Shown piece by piece: positions 1 to 8,663 of a stretch of 64,000 bases of DNA. Location of the stretch: the NCBI GenBank assembly GCA_038061755.1, contig JBBTYN010000002.1, forward strand, positions 15,312 to 79,311, written 5' to 3'. The position numbers and the translations under genes are program-made. Position 1 is the stretch's first letter. Each line of letters opens with the position of its first letter. The DNA comes from Patescibacteria group bacterium (GTDB lineage Bacteria; Patescibacteriota; Minisyncoccia; Phycocordibacterales; UBA9973). Below the pieces are notes generated by a model. The model was not told where the DNA came from. It saw nothing but the letters and a program-made list of their open reading frames with translations, and ran no database searches.

Positions 1-2
1 AT

Positions 3-824
3 GATATTTTAGAAGCAGAATCTGTGCGTGACATAGAATCCTATCATAAAAATGTTTGGAAAGAAGGAGTTAAAAAAACCCCCTCTAACTCCCCCTTATC
101 AGGTGGAGAAAATAAAGAGGGGGTGGATCGTTTGCCATATATCGTTATTATTATAGACGAGCTAGCAGACATAATGAGTACTTATCCTAGAGAACTCGAA
201 GCCGCAATCGTGCGCTTGGCGCAAATGTCTAGAGCAGTAGGCATACATTTAATACTCTCTACGCAACGCCCTGAGGTAAATATCATTACTGGTTTAATTA
301 AAGCAAACATTCCTGCCCGAGTGGCACTTAAAGTATCTTCACAAATAGATTCACGTACAATACTGGACGCTGGAGGAGCAGAGAAACTTTTAGGCGCTGG
401 TGATATGTTGTATTCTTCAGGTGACGCTCAACCAGAAAGACTGCAAAGCGCATTTATTTCCGAAAATGAAGTTAAAAAAGTTGTAAAATATCTAGCTGAT
501 GCATATAGAGATGAGGTCTCTGAAGAAATAACCCTTACTCCGGGGTCTGTATTAAACGATAAAAGTATTTTTGAAAGCTCTCTAGAAGATATAAATTCTA
601 ATGACGATGACGAAATGTATGAAGAAGCTCGTATTTGTGTAATGGAAGCTGGAAAAGCTTCAACTTCTTATCTTCAAAGAAAATTAAAGTTAGGATATGC
701 GCGAGCGGCACGACTAATGGATAAATTGGAAGAACGCGGAGTCATCGGCCCCGGAGATGGCGCAAAACCCAGAGAAGTATTGGAAAAAATAGAACGTACA
801 GAAAATGGAGAAAATATAATTTAA
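3..824 (+). CDS. ftsK: FtsK/SpoIIIE DNA translocase, C-terminal part (5' end outside window)
   Basis: YIVIIIDELAD Walker B, RAVGIHLILSTQRP, DSRTILD..GAEKLLGAGDML, gamma domain STSYLQRKLKLGYARAARLMD; frame is open from base 3. Confidence 0.95.
   Translation, partial: DILEAESVRDIESYHKNVWKEGVKKTPSNSPLSGGENKEGVDRLPYIVIIIDELADIMSTYPRELEAAIVRLAQMSRAVGIHLILSTQRPEVNIITGLIKANIPARVALKVSSQIDSRTILDAGGAEKLLGAGDMLYSSGDAQPERLQSAFISENEVKKVVKYLADAYRDEVSEEITLTPGSVLNDKSIFESSLEDINSNDDDEMYEEARICVMEAGKASTSYLQRKLKLGYARAARLMDKLEERGVIGPGDGAKPREVLEKIERTENGENII
78..124. repeat. Small hairpin repeat inserted in-frame in ftsK (TPSNSPLSGGE); related copy at 54961-54997
   Basis: accccctct...agagggggt arms; aligns with the reverse complement of 54961-54997. 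Confidence 0.7.
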
Positions 825-825
825 A

Positions 826-859
826 AAAGGCAAGACCTAACATGTTAGGTCTTGCCTTT
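826..859. repeat. Perfect 34-bp palindrome after ftsK (REP-like or terminator)
   Basis: aaaggcaagacctaaca|tgttaggtcttgccttt. Confidence 0.8.
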
Positions 860-866
860 AATAAAA

Positions 867-1220
867 ATGAACCAGAATACTAAAAAAATAATTAAAATAG
901 GAGGCTTCTCTGTTTTTTTTATTTTTATTATTATTTATGCAATTTTTGGGTCTAAAGATTTAATCTTTGGGGTAAAAATTAAAAATGTAAATCTAGTGGA
1001 TGGTGCTACGGTAACAGACAATATAATAAAACTGACTGGTAATGCAAAAAATGCAATAAATTTAACATTAGACGGACGGAAAATTTCAGTAGATGAGCAA
1101 GGCAACTTTAGTGAAATAATTGCGCTTCTTTCAGGATATAATATAATCAATATCAAAGCAGAAGATAAATTTGGCTATGTTGATGAAAAAAATTATAAAA
1201 TAATGTATCTACAAAAATAA
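867..1220 (+). CDS. Membrane-anchored protein with a small Ig-like domain
   Basis: N-terminal TM helix, then LTGNAKNA..LTLDG...GNFSE...GYNIINIKAEDKFG; ATG at 867 preferred. Confidence 0.7.
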   Translation: MNQNTKKIIKIGGFSVFFIFIIIYAIFGSKDLIFGVKIKNVNLVDGATVTDNIIKLTGNAKNAINLTLDGRKISVDEQGNFSEIIALLSGYNIINIKAEDKFGYVDEKNYKIMYLQK

Positions 1221-1302
1221 TTTTTCTTTTTGAAAGGTCCTCGGTTCTCTGGGTCCCTATCCCAGCCAGACCATTTCAAAAAGTAAAATTATTTAAGTAG
1301 AT
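1207..1302. repeat. About 96-bp hairpin element with a 36-nt core identical to 34129-34164 (inverted)
   Basis: 29-bp arms with 3 mismatches around ggtcctcggttctctgggtccctatcccagccagac. Confidence 0.85.
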
Positions 1303-1311
1303 TAAAAAAGT

Positions 1312-2382
1312 ATGATAAAGAAAAAAGAGAAAAAAGAAGACAAGACTGTGGGTGGAGATGCTTCTGTGTTAAATGATACATTAAAAGCCATTCAAACAAA
1401 ATTTGGAGAAGGTTCAATAATGAAATTTGGTAATGCGCCAAAAGTGGACATCAATGTCATACCGACTGGTTCTATTGGACTTGATATGGCGCTCGGTGTT
1501 GGAGGAATACCACGTGGAAGAATTATTGAAATTTTTGGTCCAGAATCTTCAGGTAAAACCACACTATCCCTCCATATCGTCGCTGAAGCGCAAAAAAAAG
1601 GAGGAATTTGCGCCTACATAGATGCTGAACACGCAATGGATCCAGATTATACAAAAAAACTGGGAGTAAATATAAATGACTTGCTGATTTCTCAACCAGA
1701 CAATGGCGAGCAAGCGCTAGAGATCGTAGAGAGTTTGGTGCGAACGGGAAAAATTGATGTCATTGTAGTAGACTCCGTCGCCGCACTTACTCCTAAAGAT
1801 GAAATAGAAGGTGATATGGGAGCATATCATGTCGGCAAGCAAGCACGCTTGATGTCGCAAGCCCTTCGTAAATTAACAGCCATTGTTGCCCGATCAAAGA
1901 CCGTGGTTATTTTTATAAATCAAATCCGAATGCAAATCGGAGTAATGTTTGGCAACCCAGAAACTACTCCAGGAGGAAAAGCGTTAAAATTTTATACTTC
2001 AGTTCGGCTTGATATTCGAAAAATCGCTCAAATAAAAAAGGGAGAAGAAGTTGTGGGTTCACGTACTCGCGTCAAAGTCGTTAAAAATAAAGTAGCCGCG
2101 CCATTCAAGCAAACGGAATTTGATATTATTTATAACGAAGGTATTTCCAAAGAAGGAGAAATAATGGCTTTAGGAGAGAAATTTAAAATTATAGAAAAAA
2201 GCGGAAATTCATATTTTTACTTACCCGCCATAGCTTCAGCGAAGGCAGGTGTGACAGAGAGTTCGGAGAAAGTAAAATTAGGCGTAGGTTACGATGCTAC
2301 TCGTAAATTCTTAAAAGAGGAAAAGAAAATTTCTGAACAAATCTTAAAAGAAATTAAAAAAAAGTTTGCCGAAGAAGCTTAA
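1312..2382 (+). CDS. recA: Recombinase RecA
   Basis: [10 protein letters not shown]-loop, [23 protein letters not shown]...[12 protein letters not shown]. Confidence 0.99.
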   Translation: MIKKKEKKEDKTVGGDASVLNDTLKAIQTKFGEGSIMKFGNAPKVDINVIPTGSIGLDMALGVGGIPRGRIIEIFGPESSGKTTLSLHIVAEAQKKGGICAYIDAEHAMDPDYTKKLGVNINDLLISQPDNGEQALEIVESLVRTGKIDVIVVDSVAALTPKDEIEGDMGAYHVGKQARLMSQALRKLTAIVARSKTVVIFINQIRMQIGVMFGNPETTPGGKALKFYTSVRLDIRKIAQIKKGEEVVGSRTRVKVVKNKVAAPFKQTEFDIIYNEGISKEGEIMALGEKFKIIEKSGNSYFYLPAIASAKAGVTESSEKVKLGVGYDATRKFLKEEKKISEQILKEIKKKFAEEA

Positions 2383-2957
2383 ACTCGTTCGACATATTCT
2401 CCCGTTTCGGTATTTATTCGAATTATATCTCCTTCTCCTATAAACATTGGAGCATTCAAGGTTGCGCCATTTTCTAGAGTGATAATTTTATTGCCTCCTT
2501 TTGAGGTGTCTCCTCTAACAGCAGGCGGAGCTTCTTTTACAAAGAATTCCATTTTTATTGGCAAGATGACCTTAATAATCGTTTCTTCGTCGTCATTATC
2601 CCAAATTACAGCAGTCACATTTCCATTTTGTTTTAAAAATTTTCCCACAGTCCCGACCAATGCTTCACTGAGTTTGAATCTATTACTTTTGTCTTGTGGG
2701 TCGCAAAACCAATACTCACCTTTATTTTGATATAAAAATGTAATATCACGCTTTATAATATCTGCCTCATAAGCAGATTTAGAAACATGAAAAGTGGCAG
2801 GGAAAACTTTTCCTGATATTAAACTTCGTAATTTAACCTGATTTTGCGGTTTTCGCTGTTGAGTGCGAGCAACATGAGACTCTACTACTTCACACGGTTC
2901 ATCATCGTGAATGATTATTTTCTTTTCGCGAATTTCACTATATTGAAGCTGAGGCAT
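2379..2957 (-). CDS. efp: Elongation factor P
   Basis: [34 protein letters not shown]. Confidence 0.92.
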   Translation of the reverse strand: MPQLQYSEIREKKIIIHDDEPCEVVESHVARTQQRKPQNQVKLRSLISGKVFPATFHVSKSAYEADIIKRDITFLYQNKGEYWFCDPQDKSNRFKLSEALVGTVGKFLKQNGNVTAVIWDNDDEETIIKVILPIKMEFFVKEAPPAVRGDTSKGGNKIITLENGATLNAPMFIGEGDIIRINTETGEYVERV

Positions 2958-2961
2958 AACC

Positions 2962-3162
2962 TTATTTAACTACAAATGGGAGCAAGCCCATAAATCTAGC
3001 GTGTTTTATGGCAGAAGTTAAGGCGCGTTGATTTTTAGAAATCACACCGGTACGCTTGTGGCTCATTATTTTACCATTAGGATTTAAAAATTTCTTTAGA
3101 ATTTCAATATCCTTGTAATCTATGTATTTTATATTGTTTGCTGAAAAATAATCTTGTTTCAT
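2962..3162 (-). CDS. rpsR: 30S ribosomal protein S18
   Basis: IDYKD...L.KF....GKI...RTG...KNQR.L..AIK.AR.MGLLPF. Confidence 0.97.
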   Translation of the reverse strand: MKQDYFSANNIKYIDYKDIEILKKFLNPNGKIMSHKRTGVISKNQRALTSAIKHARFMGLLPFVVK

Positions 3163-3173
3163 ATTGTTTTGTT

Positions 3174-3216
3174 CCCAAAGCCTTGCTTAGGGGAATCCCC
3201 TAAGCAAGGCTTTGGG
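3174..3216. repeat. Perfect 21-bp inverted repeat with 1-nt spacer between ssb and rpsR
   Basis: cccaaagccttgcttagggga-a-tcccctaagcaaggctttggg. Confidence 0.85.
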
Positions 3217-3226
3217 GTCTAATAAT

Positions 3227-3682
3227 TTAAAACGGAATATCTTCTGGGTTAATATCTTCTTCAGGATATTCTATGGAATCACTTTCGGCTCCTTCACTAG
3301 CTGGAGCTTTAGAGCCGGCGCTAGTCGTTCCGGCTGTACTCCCACTCTGACCTCCTTTAGGACCAAACTGCGTACGATCAGCAACTATTTCCGTACGATA
3401 TTTTTTCTCCCCGCTTGTTTTATCATCCCAACTTCTCGTTTGCATTCTACCTTCAACCAATATAGAACTACCTTTTTTCATATATTGCGCAACTGTTTCT
3501 GCTTGGCGTCCAAAAACTACTATATTATGATAATCAGCGGATTCTTGACGAACGCCATTTTTATCTTTCCAAACACGATTGGTGGCAATAGAAAATGTGC
3601 AAACTTTTATACCTGAAGGGAGAGAGCGAAGTTCTGGGTCGCGTGTAAGATTTCCTATTAAAATTGCTTTATTTAAATACAT
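3227..3682 (-). CDS. ssb: Single-stranded DNA-binding protein
   Basis: NKAILIGNLTRDPELR; acidic C-terminal EDIPF. Confidence 0.98.
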   Translation of the reverse strand: MYLNKAILIGNLTRDPELRSLPSGIKVCTFSIATNRVWKDKNGVRQESADYHNIVVFGRQAETVAQYMKKGSSILVEGRMQTRSWDDKTSGEKKYRTEIVADRTQFGPKGGQSGSTAGTTSAGSKAPASEGAESDSIEYPEEDINPEDIPF

Positions 3683-3693
3683 ATATTTTTTAA

Positions 3694-4188
3694 TTAAACT
3701 GCTAGCATTGCATCTATTTCTTTATCAATCTCTTCTTTGTTTATAGGAACAGACATTTCATCATTTTTACTCTTTTCTGTCTTTATTTTTCTGTGCGCAA
3801 ACTCTCCACGCACAAATCTTTTTACATTAATAGTATTTTCCTTAACTGTTTTTAATATTAAAAATCGAACAATATTAGGATCAAGATTAAGCTTCTTTTT
3901 TAATTTCAAAATTTTATCAGAATCCATTGTGAATTTAATCCAACCAAAATACGCTGTTTTAAATTTATTACGTATATTAGAGATAACTTTAACCATAGGG
4001 TAAGCAAGTGATAACATTCTTGGCATTTCATCAGAAATAACAATACCATCTAGTGACAAAACAAGCTCTTTTAAATTGCCAAAAGTAGCTGGTACTTCTT
4101 CTTCTAAAAGTGTAGGAACTAAAAGATAAGCAAGTTCATAAACTCTGGAATTCACTTCCTCTGATATTTCATTTTCTACTTCTTGCAT
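3694..4188 (-). CDS. rpsF: 30S ribosomal protein S6
   Basis: YELAYLL.P, LAYP, IVRFLI; rpsF-ssb-rpsR synteny. Confidence 0.9.
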   Translation of the reverse strand: MQEVENEISEEVNSRVYELAYLLVPTLLEEEVPATFGNLKELVLSLDGIVISDEMPRMLSLAYPMVKVISNIRNKFKTAYFGWIKFTMDSDKILKLKKKLNLDPNIVRFLILKTVKENTINVKRFVRGEFAHRKIKTEKSKNDEMSVPINKEEIDKEIDAMLAV

Positions 4189-4211
4189 TTTTTTATACTA
4201 CCAAAAACTTT

Positions 4212-5048
4212 TTAAAAAGTAAAGACTCTCTTGGCATTTGCAAAAATAGTTTTCGCGACTTCCGCCTCTGGCAAATTTTTAATTTCAGCAATTTTCTTAA
4301 CAATTTCTTTTACATAAACAGGTTCATTGCGCTTGCCACGATATGGCACAGGAGCTACGTATGGGGAATCAGTCTCCGACATAATCATATCAAGTGGTAT
4401 ATTCCTAATAACTTCATCATAATCATGCGTAAAAGTAATGACTCCAGTAAAAGATAGAGTAAAACCAAAATCCAAAAATGCTTTGGCGTCTTCCCAAGTT
4501 CCAGCAAAAAAATGAACATTGCCTTTTACTCCAGTAAATTCTTTTAAGATTTCTAAAACATCTTGATATGCATTCAAGCTAGAATCTTTTGGATTATTTC
4601 TAATATGCAACATAAGTGGCTTTTTAGTTTCTTGCGCTAAAGAAACATGTTCTCTAAAAGTTTTTTTCTGTTTTTCTATTGTATCTGTATTACAATGAAA
4701 ATAATCTAAACCACACTCTCCTATGGCTACTACTTTTGGATCTTTTAAAAGTTCCCTATAAGCATCTTTATCAAATTCTTCAACCCTTGTCATAAAACCT
4801 TCACCACCGATTTCTTTATCATCATGATAAGACTCTTCAAGATGAATCGGATGCAGACCAACAATGGCAAAAACTCCTTCCTTATATTTATTAGCAATTT
4901 CCACTGCTCTTTTTGACGTACTAAACTGACTTCCAACATTTATTATCCAAGTGTTATTATCAAAGGCACGCTTAATAACCTTGTCTCTGTCATCATCAAA
5001 AGCCTTGAAATTCAAATGTGAATGTATGTCTATGTATTTAGGTTGCAT
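4212..5048 (-). CDS. tatD: TatD family DNase
   Basis: IDIHSHL, GLHP, AIGECGLDY, ETDSPY..P.PYRGKRNEP; start at MQPKY next to the metG stop. Confidence 0.93.
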   Translation of the reverse strand: MQPKYIDIHSHLNFKAFDDDRDKVIKRAFDNNTWIINVGSQFSTSKRAVEIANKYKEGVFAIVGLHPIHLEESYHDDKEIGGEGFMTRVEEFDKDAYRELLKDPKVVAIGECGLDYFHCNTDTIEKQKKTFREHVSLAQETKKPLMLHIRNNPKDSSLNAYQDVLEILKEFTGVKGNVHFFAGTWEDAKAFLDFGFTLSFTGVITFTHDYDEVIRNIPLDMIMSETDSPYVAPVPYRGKRNEPVYVKEIVKKIAEIKNLPEAEVAKTIFANAKRVFTF

Positions 5049-5050
5049 AA

Positions 5051-6475
5051 TTATTCTTTCCTTAAAAACAATGGTTTTTCTGGTTTTTTGTGTCCATTTA
5101 AACAAGAAAGAATTTTTTCTGATGTGTCAGGCATTACGGGCATTAACATCCACGCAATAAACGCTAATTGTTGGAATAAATTAGAGACAATTTTAATGGC
5201 TTCTTCTGGATTAGTTTTAAAAATTTTATATGGTTCTTTTTCTTGAATTGTCCTATCTAACTCTTGAATTTTAAACCAAATTTTATCCATATATTTTTTT
5301 ATATCAAAAACATCCAATTCTTCAGCATGAGGAAACGAACCAGCCACTACTGTCCGCACCGCATAATTTTCCACCATGGTTAATATCCGTGAAGCTAAAT
5401 TCCCTAATCCATTTGCAAGTCCAGAATTATAAGCTTCTTTAAATCTTTCCATGGTAAACGGACTATCTTCAAAAGAAGAAATCTCTCGCAAAAGAAAATA
5501 ACGCAAAGCATCCGTGCCGTATTCTTTTACAATTTCATCTGGATTAATTACATTCCCAAGGGATTTAGACATTTTTATTCCGCCTTCACCGGTAATAAAA
5601 CCATGATAAATAATGGTATCGGTGGTAGGTAATCCTGCAGACATCAGCATCCCTTGCCACATGACTGATTGAAATTTAACCATATCTTTGCCGGCGGTCT
5701 GGACAGTTTTTCCGTCAACCCAAAATTTTTCAAAAATTCCTTTACTGTCAGGCCACCCTAAGGTGGAAATATAATTTATGAAAGCGCCGAACCAAACATA
5801 CATCACTTGCGTGTCGTCTCCTAGTATCGGGATACCCCAAGAAAAACGTTTCTTGTTGCGAGAAACTGAAAAATCCTCCATGCCGTCTTGCACAAAATCA
5901 ATTGCCTCTTTTCGGCGCCATTCGGGAATTATTACTTGATCTCCAGCCAGATATTCTAAAAGCTGTTTTTTATAATTACTCAATCGGAAAAAATAGTTTT
6001 CTTCTTCAACCATTTCCGGTGTTTTGTTTGGGTGCAGCGAACACTTTCCGTCCATTAGGTCTTTCTCGGTAATAAATTTCTCGCAACCGACGCAATACAG
6101 ACCTCTGTATATTTTTTTATAAATATCTCCTTTGGCATCACAAAGACGCCAAAATTCTTGGGATGCTTTTAAGTGTTGCGAACTAGTAGTTCTAATAAAA
6201 TTATCCAAGGAAAGGTTTAAAACCTCTTTCAACTCCAAAAATTTTTGCGCATAAAAATCAACATATTCCTGCACATTTTTCCCTTCTTTTTGGCTAGCTT
6301 CCCAAATCTTTTGACCATATTCATCAGTGCCAGTGCTAAAAAAAACATCCTTCCCTAAGAGGCGTTGGTATCGAGCCAGAACATCCGACTGTACGAGTTC
6401 AAGGGCAAAACCAATATGTGGGTCTGCGTTTACATAGGGGATCGTTGTCGTAATATAGAAACTTTTTTTACTCAT
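5051..6475 (-). CDS. metG: Methionine--tRNA ligase (short form)
   Basis: YITTTIPYVNADPHIG (HIGH-like), KMSKS. Confidence 0.96.
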   Translation of the reverse strand: MSKKSFYITTTIPYVNADPHIGFALELVQSDVLARYQRLLGKDVFFSTGTDEYGQKIWEASQKEGKNVQEYVDFYAQKFLELKEVLNLSLDNFIRTTSSQHLKASQEFWRLCDAKGDIYKKIYRGLYCVGCEKFITEKDLMDGKCSLHPNKTPEMVEEENYFFRLSNYKKQLLEYLAGDQVIIPEWRRKEAIDFVQDGMEDFSVSRNKKRFSWGIPILGDDTQVMYVWFGAFINYISTLGWPDSKGIFEKFWVDGKTVQTAGKDMVKFQSVMWQGMLMSAGLPTTDTIIYHGFITGEGGIKMSKSLGNVINPDEIVKEYGTDALRYFLLREISSFEDSPFTMERFKEAYNSGLANGLGNLASRILTMVENYAVRTVVAGSFPHAEELDVFDIKKYMDKIWFKIQELDRTIQEKEPYKIFKTNPEEAIKIVSNLFQQLAFIAWMLMPVMPDTSEKILSCLNGHKKPEKPLFLRKE

Positions 6476-7544
6476 TTTTCGTTTTAGCTAAAATTTTATC
6501 TTTTTCAATATCACTTAAAAATTCCATTAAAATCACCGCTAAAGGAATAGCAAGAATCGCTCCCCAAATTCCACCTAATTCAAAACCAACAACAACAGCT
6601 AAAATAATAACAATTGGCGAAAGTCCAACAATTTTCTTTATAATTAGAGGAGTAAAAAGAAACACATCAAATTCATGAACAATAATATAAGCCATAGTTA
6701 CCATAAAGGCGCTACCAAATCCATTGGAAATATAAGAAAAAGCAAAAGTTGGAATAAGAGCAACAAGAATACCATAAGGAACCATTTCAAAGATACCTGT
6801 GATGATAGCTAAAAGTAATGCGTATTCTATGCCCAAAAGAGAAAGTATTAAATAAATAAGAACTCCAACAACAAAACCTAAAAGCATTTGCCCTTTTACC
6901 CAAAGACCTATTTTTCGGCTTGAGCGCGTCCACAAGTCTACTATATAATCATCGTATTTAGCAGGAACAATAATGTAAAGAAAATTCTCTATTCCTCTTT
7001 CTTGTATTGAAAAATAAAAAGAAATAAGAATAATTAATACAAAATTAAAAATACTTCCGAAAGCCACTGAAAGAATTTGTATAAATCCGCCAGAAAGATT
7101 AAGCACGAAAGCTTTCGATACAGATAGAAGCGTAACAAGTGAAAAATTTCCTGAAAGAGATCCAACTATATCTTTAGCGCCAGAAAATGCTTCATTTTGG
7201 AAAAAATTAAAAAAAGAAACATTTGGAATATATGTTGAAAGAAAAGTAGAAAAATTATAAATTTCTGTTATCAAAAGTGGAGCAAAAAGATAAAACATTC
7301 CACCTAAAAAAAGAAGTGCTATAACATAAAAAACAACAATCCCAAAAATTCTATTCTTAATTCCTATTTTTTTAAAATGTGGAACAGCTGAATCAATAAA
7401 AGAAGCGATTACAATTGCCGTTAAAACTACTAAAACTAAATCCATTAAGAAATACAATAAAAATATAAAAATTGGCACCAGAAAAAATTTCACTATGGTG
7501 CTGGTGGATATAGAGATATGATTAAAATCACTTTTTTCTGGCAT
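6468..7544 (-). CDS. AI-2E family (PerM-like) transporter
   Basis: Polytopic membrane protein; VPY.G, P.I....VGLSP...GG.WGAILAIP. Confidence 0.88.
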   Translation of the reverse strand: MPEKSDFNHISISTSTIVKFFLVPIFIFLLYFLMDLVLVVLTAIVIASFIDSAVPHFKKIGIKNRIFGIVVFYVIALLFLGGMFYLFAPLLITEIYNFSTFLSTYIPNVSFFNFFQNEAFSGAKDIVGSLSGNFSLVTLLSVSKAFVLNLSGGFIQILSVAFGSIFNFVLIILISFYFSIQERGIENFLYIIVPAKYDDYIVDLWTRSSRKIGLWVKGQMLLGFVVGVLIYLILSLLGIEYALLLAIITGIFEMVPYGILVALIPTFAFSYISNGFGSAFMVTMAYIIVHEFDVFLFTPLIIKKIVGLSPIVIILAVVVGFELGGIWGAILAIPLAVILMEFLSDIEKDKILAKTKNE

Positions 7545-7589
7545 AAAAATATAATAGCATAAAACTGTCTTGATAAAAAATAAAAAGAA

Positions 7590-7627
7590 AGGGCCGAAGG
7601 AAAAGCGTCGGCTCTTCCTTCGGCCCT
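7590..7627 (-). terminator. Rho-independent terminator of the 7626-8078 gene
   Basis: agggccgaaggaa/ttccttcggccct stem followed by a U-tract on the minus strand. Confidence 0.75.
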
Positions 7628-8078
7628 AAAAGACCTTGATTTTTACTTTCGGCAAATGTGCGAACTGTTCTTTTTTCGCCTTTGCCCGTTTTTTTAGGGT
7701 TACTACATACACTTCATCGAACCCTAATTCAAACGCTTTTAACAGGTCGTCGCCGTTTATCGGGCAAAGCACTGATCCCGCATACAAAATCGGCGAAACG
7801 ACGACAACTCCTTTCCCGACAAATTTGTCTTGGAGTTTTTTCTCTTCATGTTCCAAGACATCCCTCATAATCATCCTCTCCTCCCATGTTTTTGTGACCC
7901 TGCGATTAAGTTCATCGTATTTTACGACATACCCAGCTTTTTCTAGGGCGGCACTGATCTTTGTTCCGCCTCCACAGATTACAACAACATAGTTGTCTTT
8001 TGCTTTTTTAACAACAAAATCAAAGAACTTTTGGCTGTCGGTTATATCGCCGGAGCCTTTGACTAAAATATTTTTCAT
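7626..8078 (-). CDS. Small protein with amino-acid-kinase-like N-terminal motifs
   Basis: LVKGSG, VVICGGG.KI, INGD; AAGGAGG Shine-Dalgarno upstream. Confidence 0.55.
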   Translation of the reverse strand: MKNILVKGSGDITDSQKFFDFVVKKAKDNYVVVICGGGTKISAALEKAGYVVKYDELNRRVTKTWEERMIMRDVLEHEEKKLQDKFVGKGVVVVSPILYAGSVLCPINGDDLLKAFELGFDEVYVVTLKKRAKAKKEQFAHLPKVKIKVF

Positions 8079-8190
8079 CTAGAACCCTCCTTTTTAGTTG
8101 TAGTTTAGGAACATTTTTTTTAAATCTACTCTTTCCTCCAAGATAGTCAACTATAGAAAATTATTTAAAGTATAAATAATTTTTAAAAAA

Positions 8191-8415
8191 CTATGCAAAT
8201 GCCGGTAAACCAATAAGTTTTTTGCCTATCATAATTTTACCAAAATTTTTCTTGCCAAATCTTTCACTCGCGCCTATGATTTCAAGATAAAGTGGATTGC
8301 CCTTTTTGTCCAAGTCCAAAAAAATCAGAGGGGAAAGTTCCACAGTTTTATTAACTCCTCCTGTTTTAAACTCTATATTTAAAGCATCTGCTTCTTTATC
8401 GTAACTTATTTTCAT
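8191..8415 (-). CDS. DUF2283-like protein (putative antitoxin)
   Basis: MKISYDKEADALNI...LDLDKKG.P..LEII.AS. Confidence 0.8.
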   Translation of the reverse strand: MKISYDKEADALNIEFKTGGVNKTVELSPLIFLDLDKKGNPLYLEIIGASERFGKKNFGKIMIGKKLIGLPAFA

Positions 8416-8425
8416 ATTATGTATA

Positions 8426-8662
8426 TTATAACTTATCTATAGTTTTTGCAACCCAATGCATAGTCAAAACTATAATATATTCTTTTTTCCTTTTTATAAT
8501 AACCATTAAATAATTTTTATTAAATTTCCTATATAATTCTTCCCTAAAATTATAAGTTGACCTGACTAAATTAGGATTTTTAATTGTTTCAAGTACAAAC
8601 TGCTTGTTTATTTTTCTCTGTTCAAGTTTTATTGATGCATGTTTAGTAAAAATTATTAACAT
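8426..8662 (-). CDS. DUF4258-like protein (putative RelE-like toxin)
   Basis: FTKHA..KLEQR.I....V.ETIKNP...IVLT. Confidence 0.75.
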   Translation of the reverse strand: MLIIFTKHASIKLEQRKINKQFVLETIKNPNLVRSTYNFREELYRKFNKNYLMVIIKRKKEYIIVLTMHWVAKTIDKL

Positions 8663-8663
8663 A

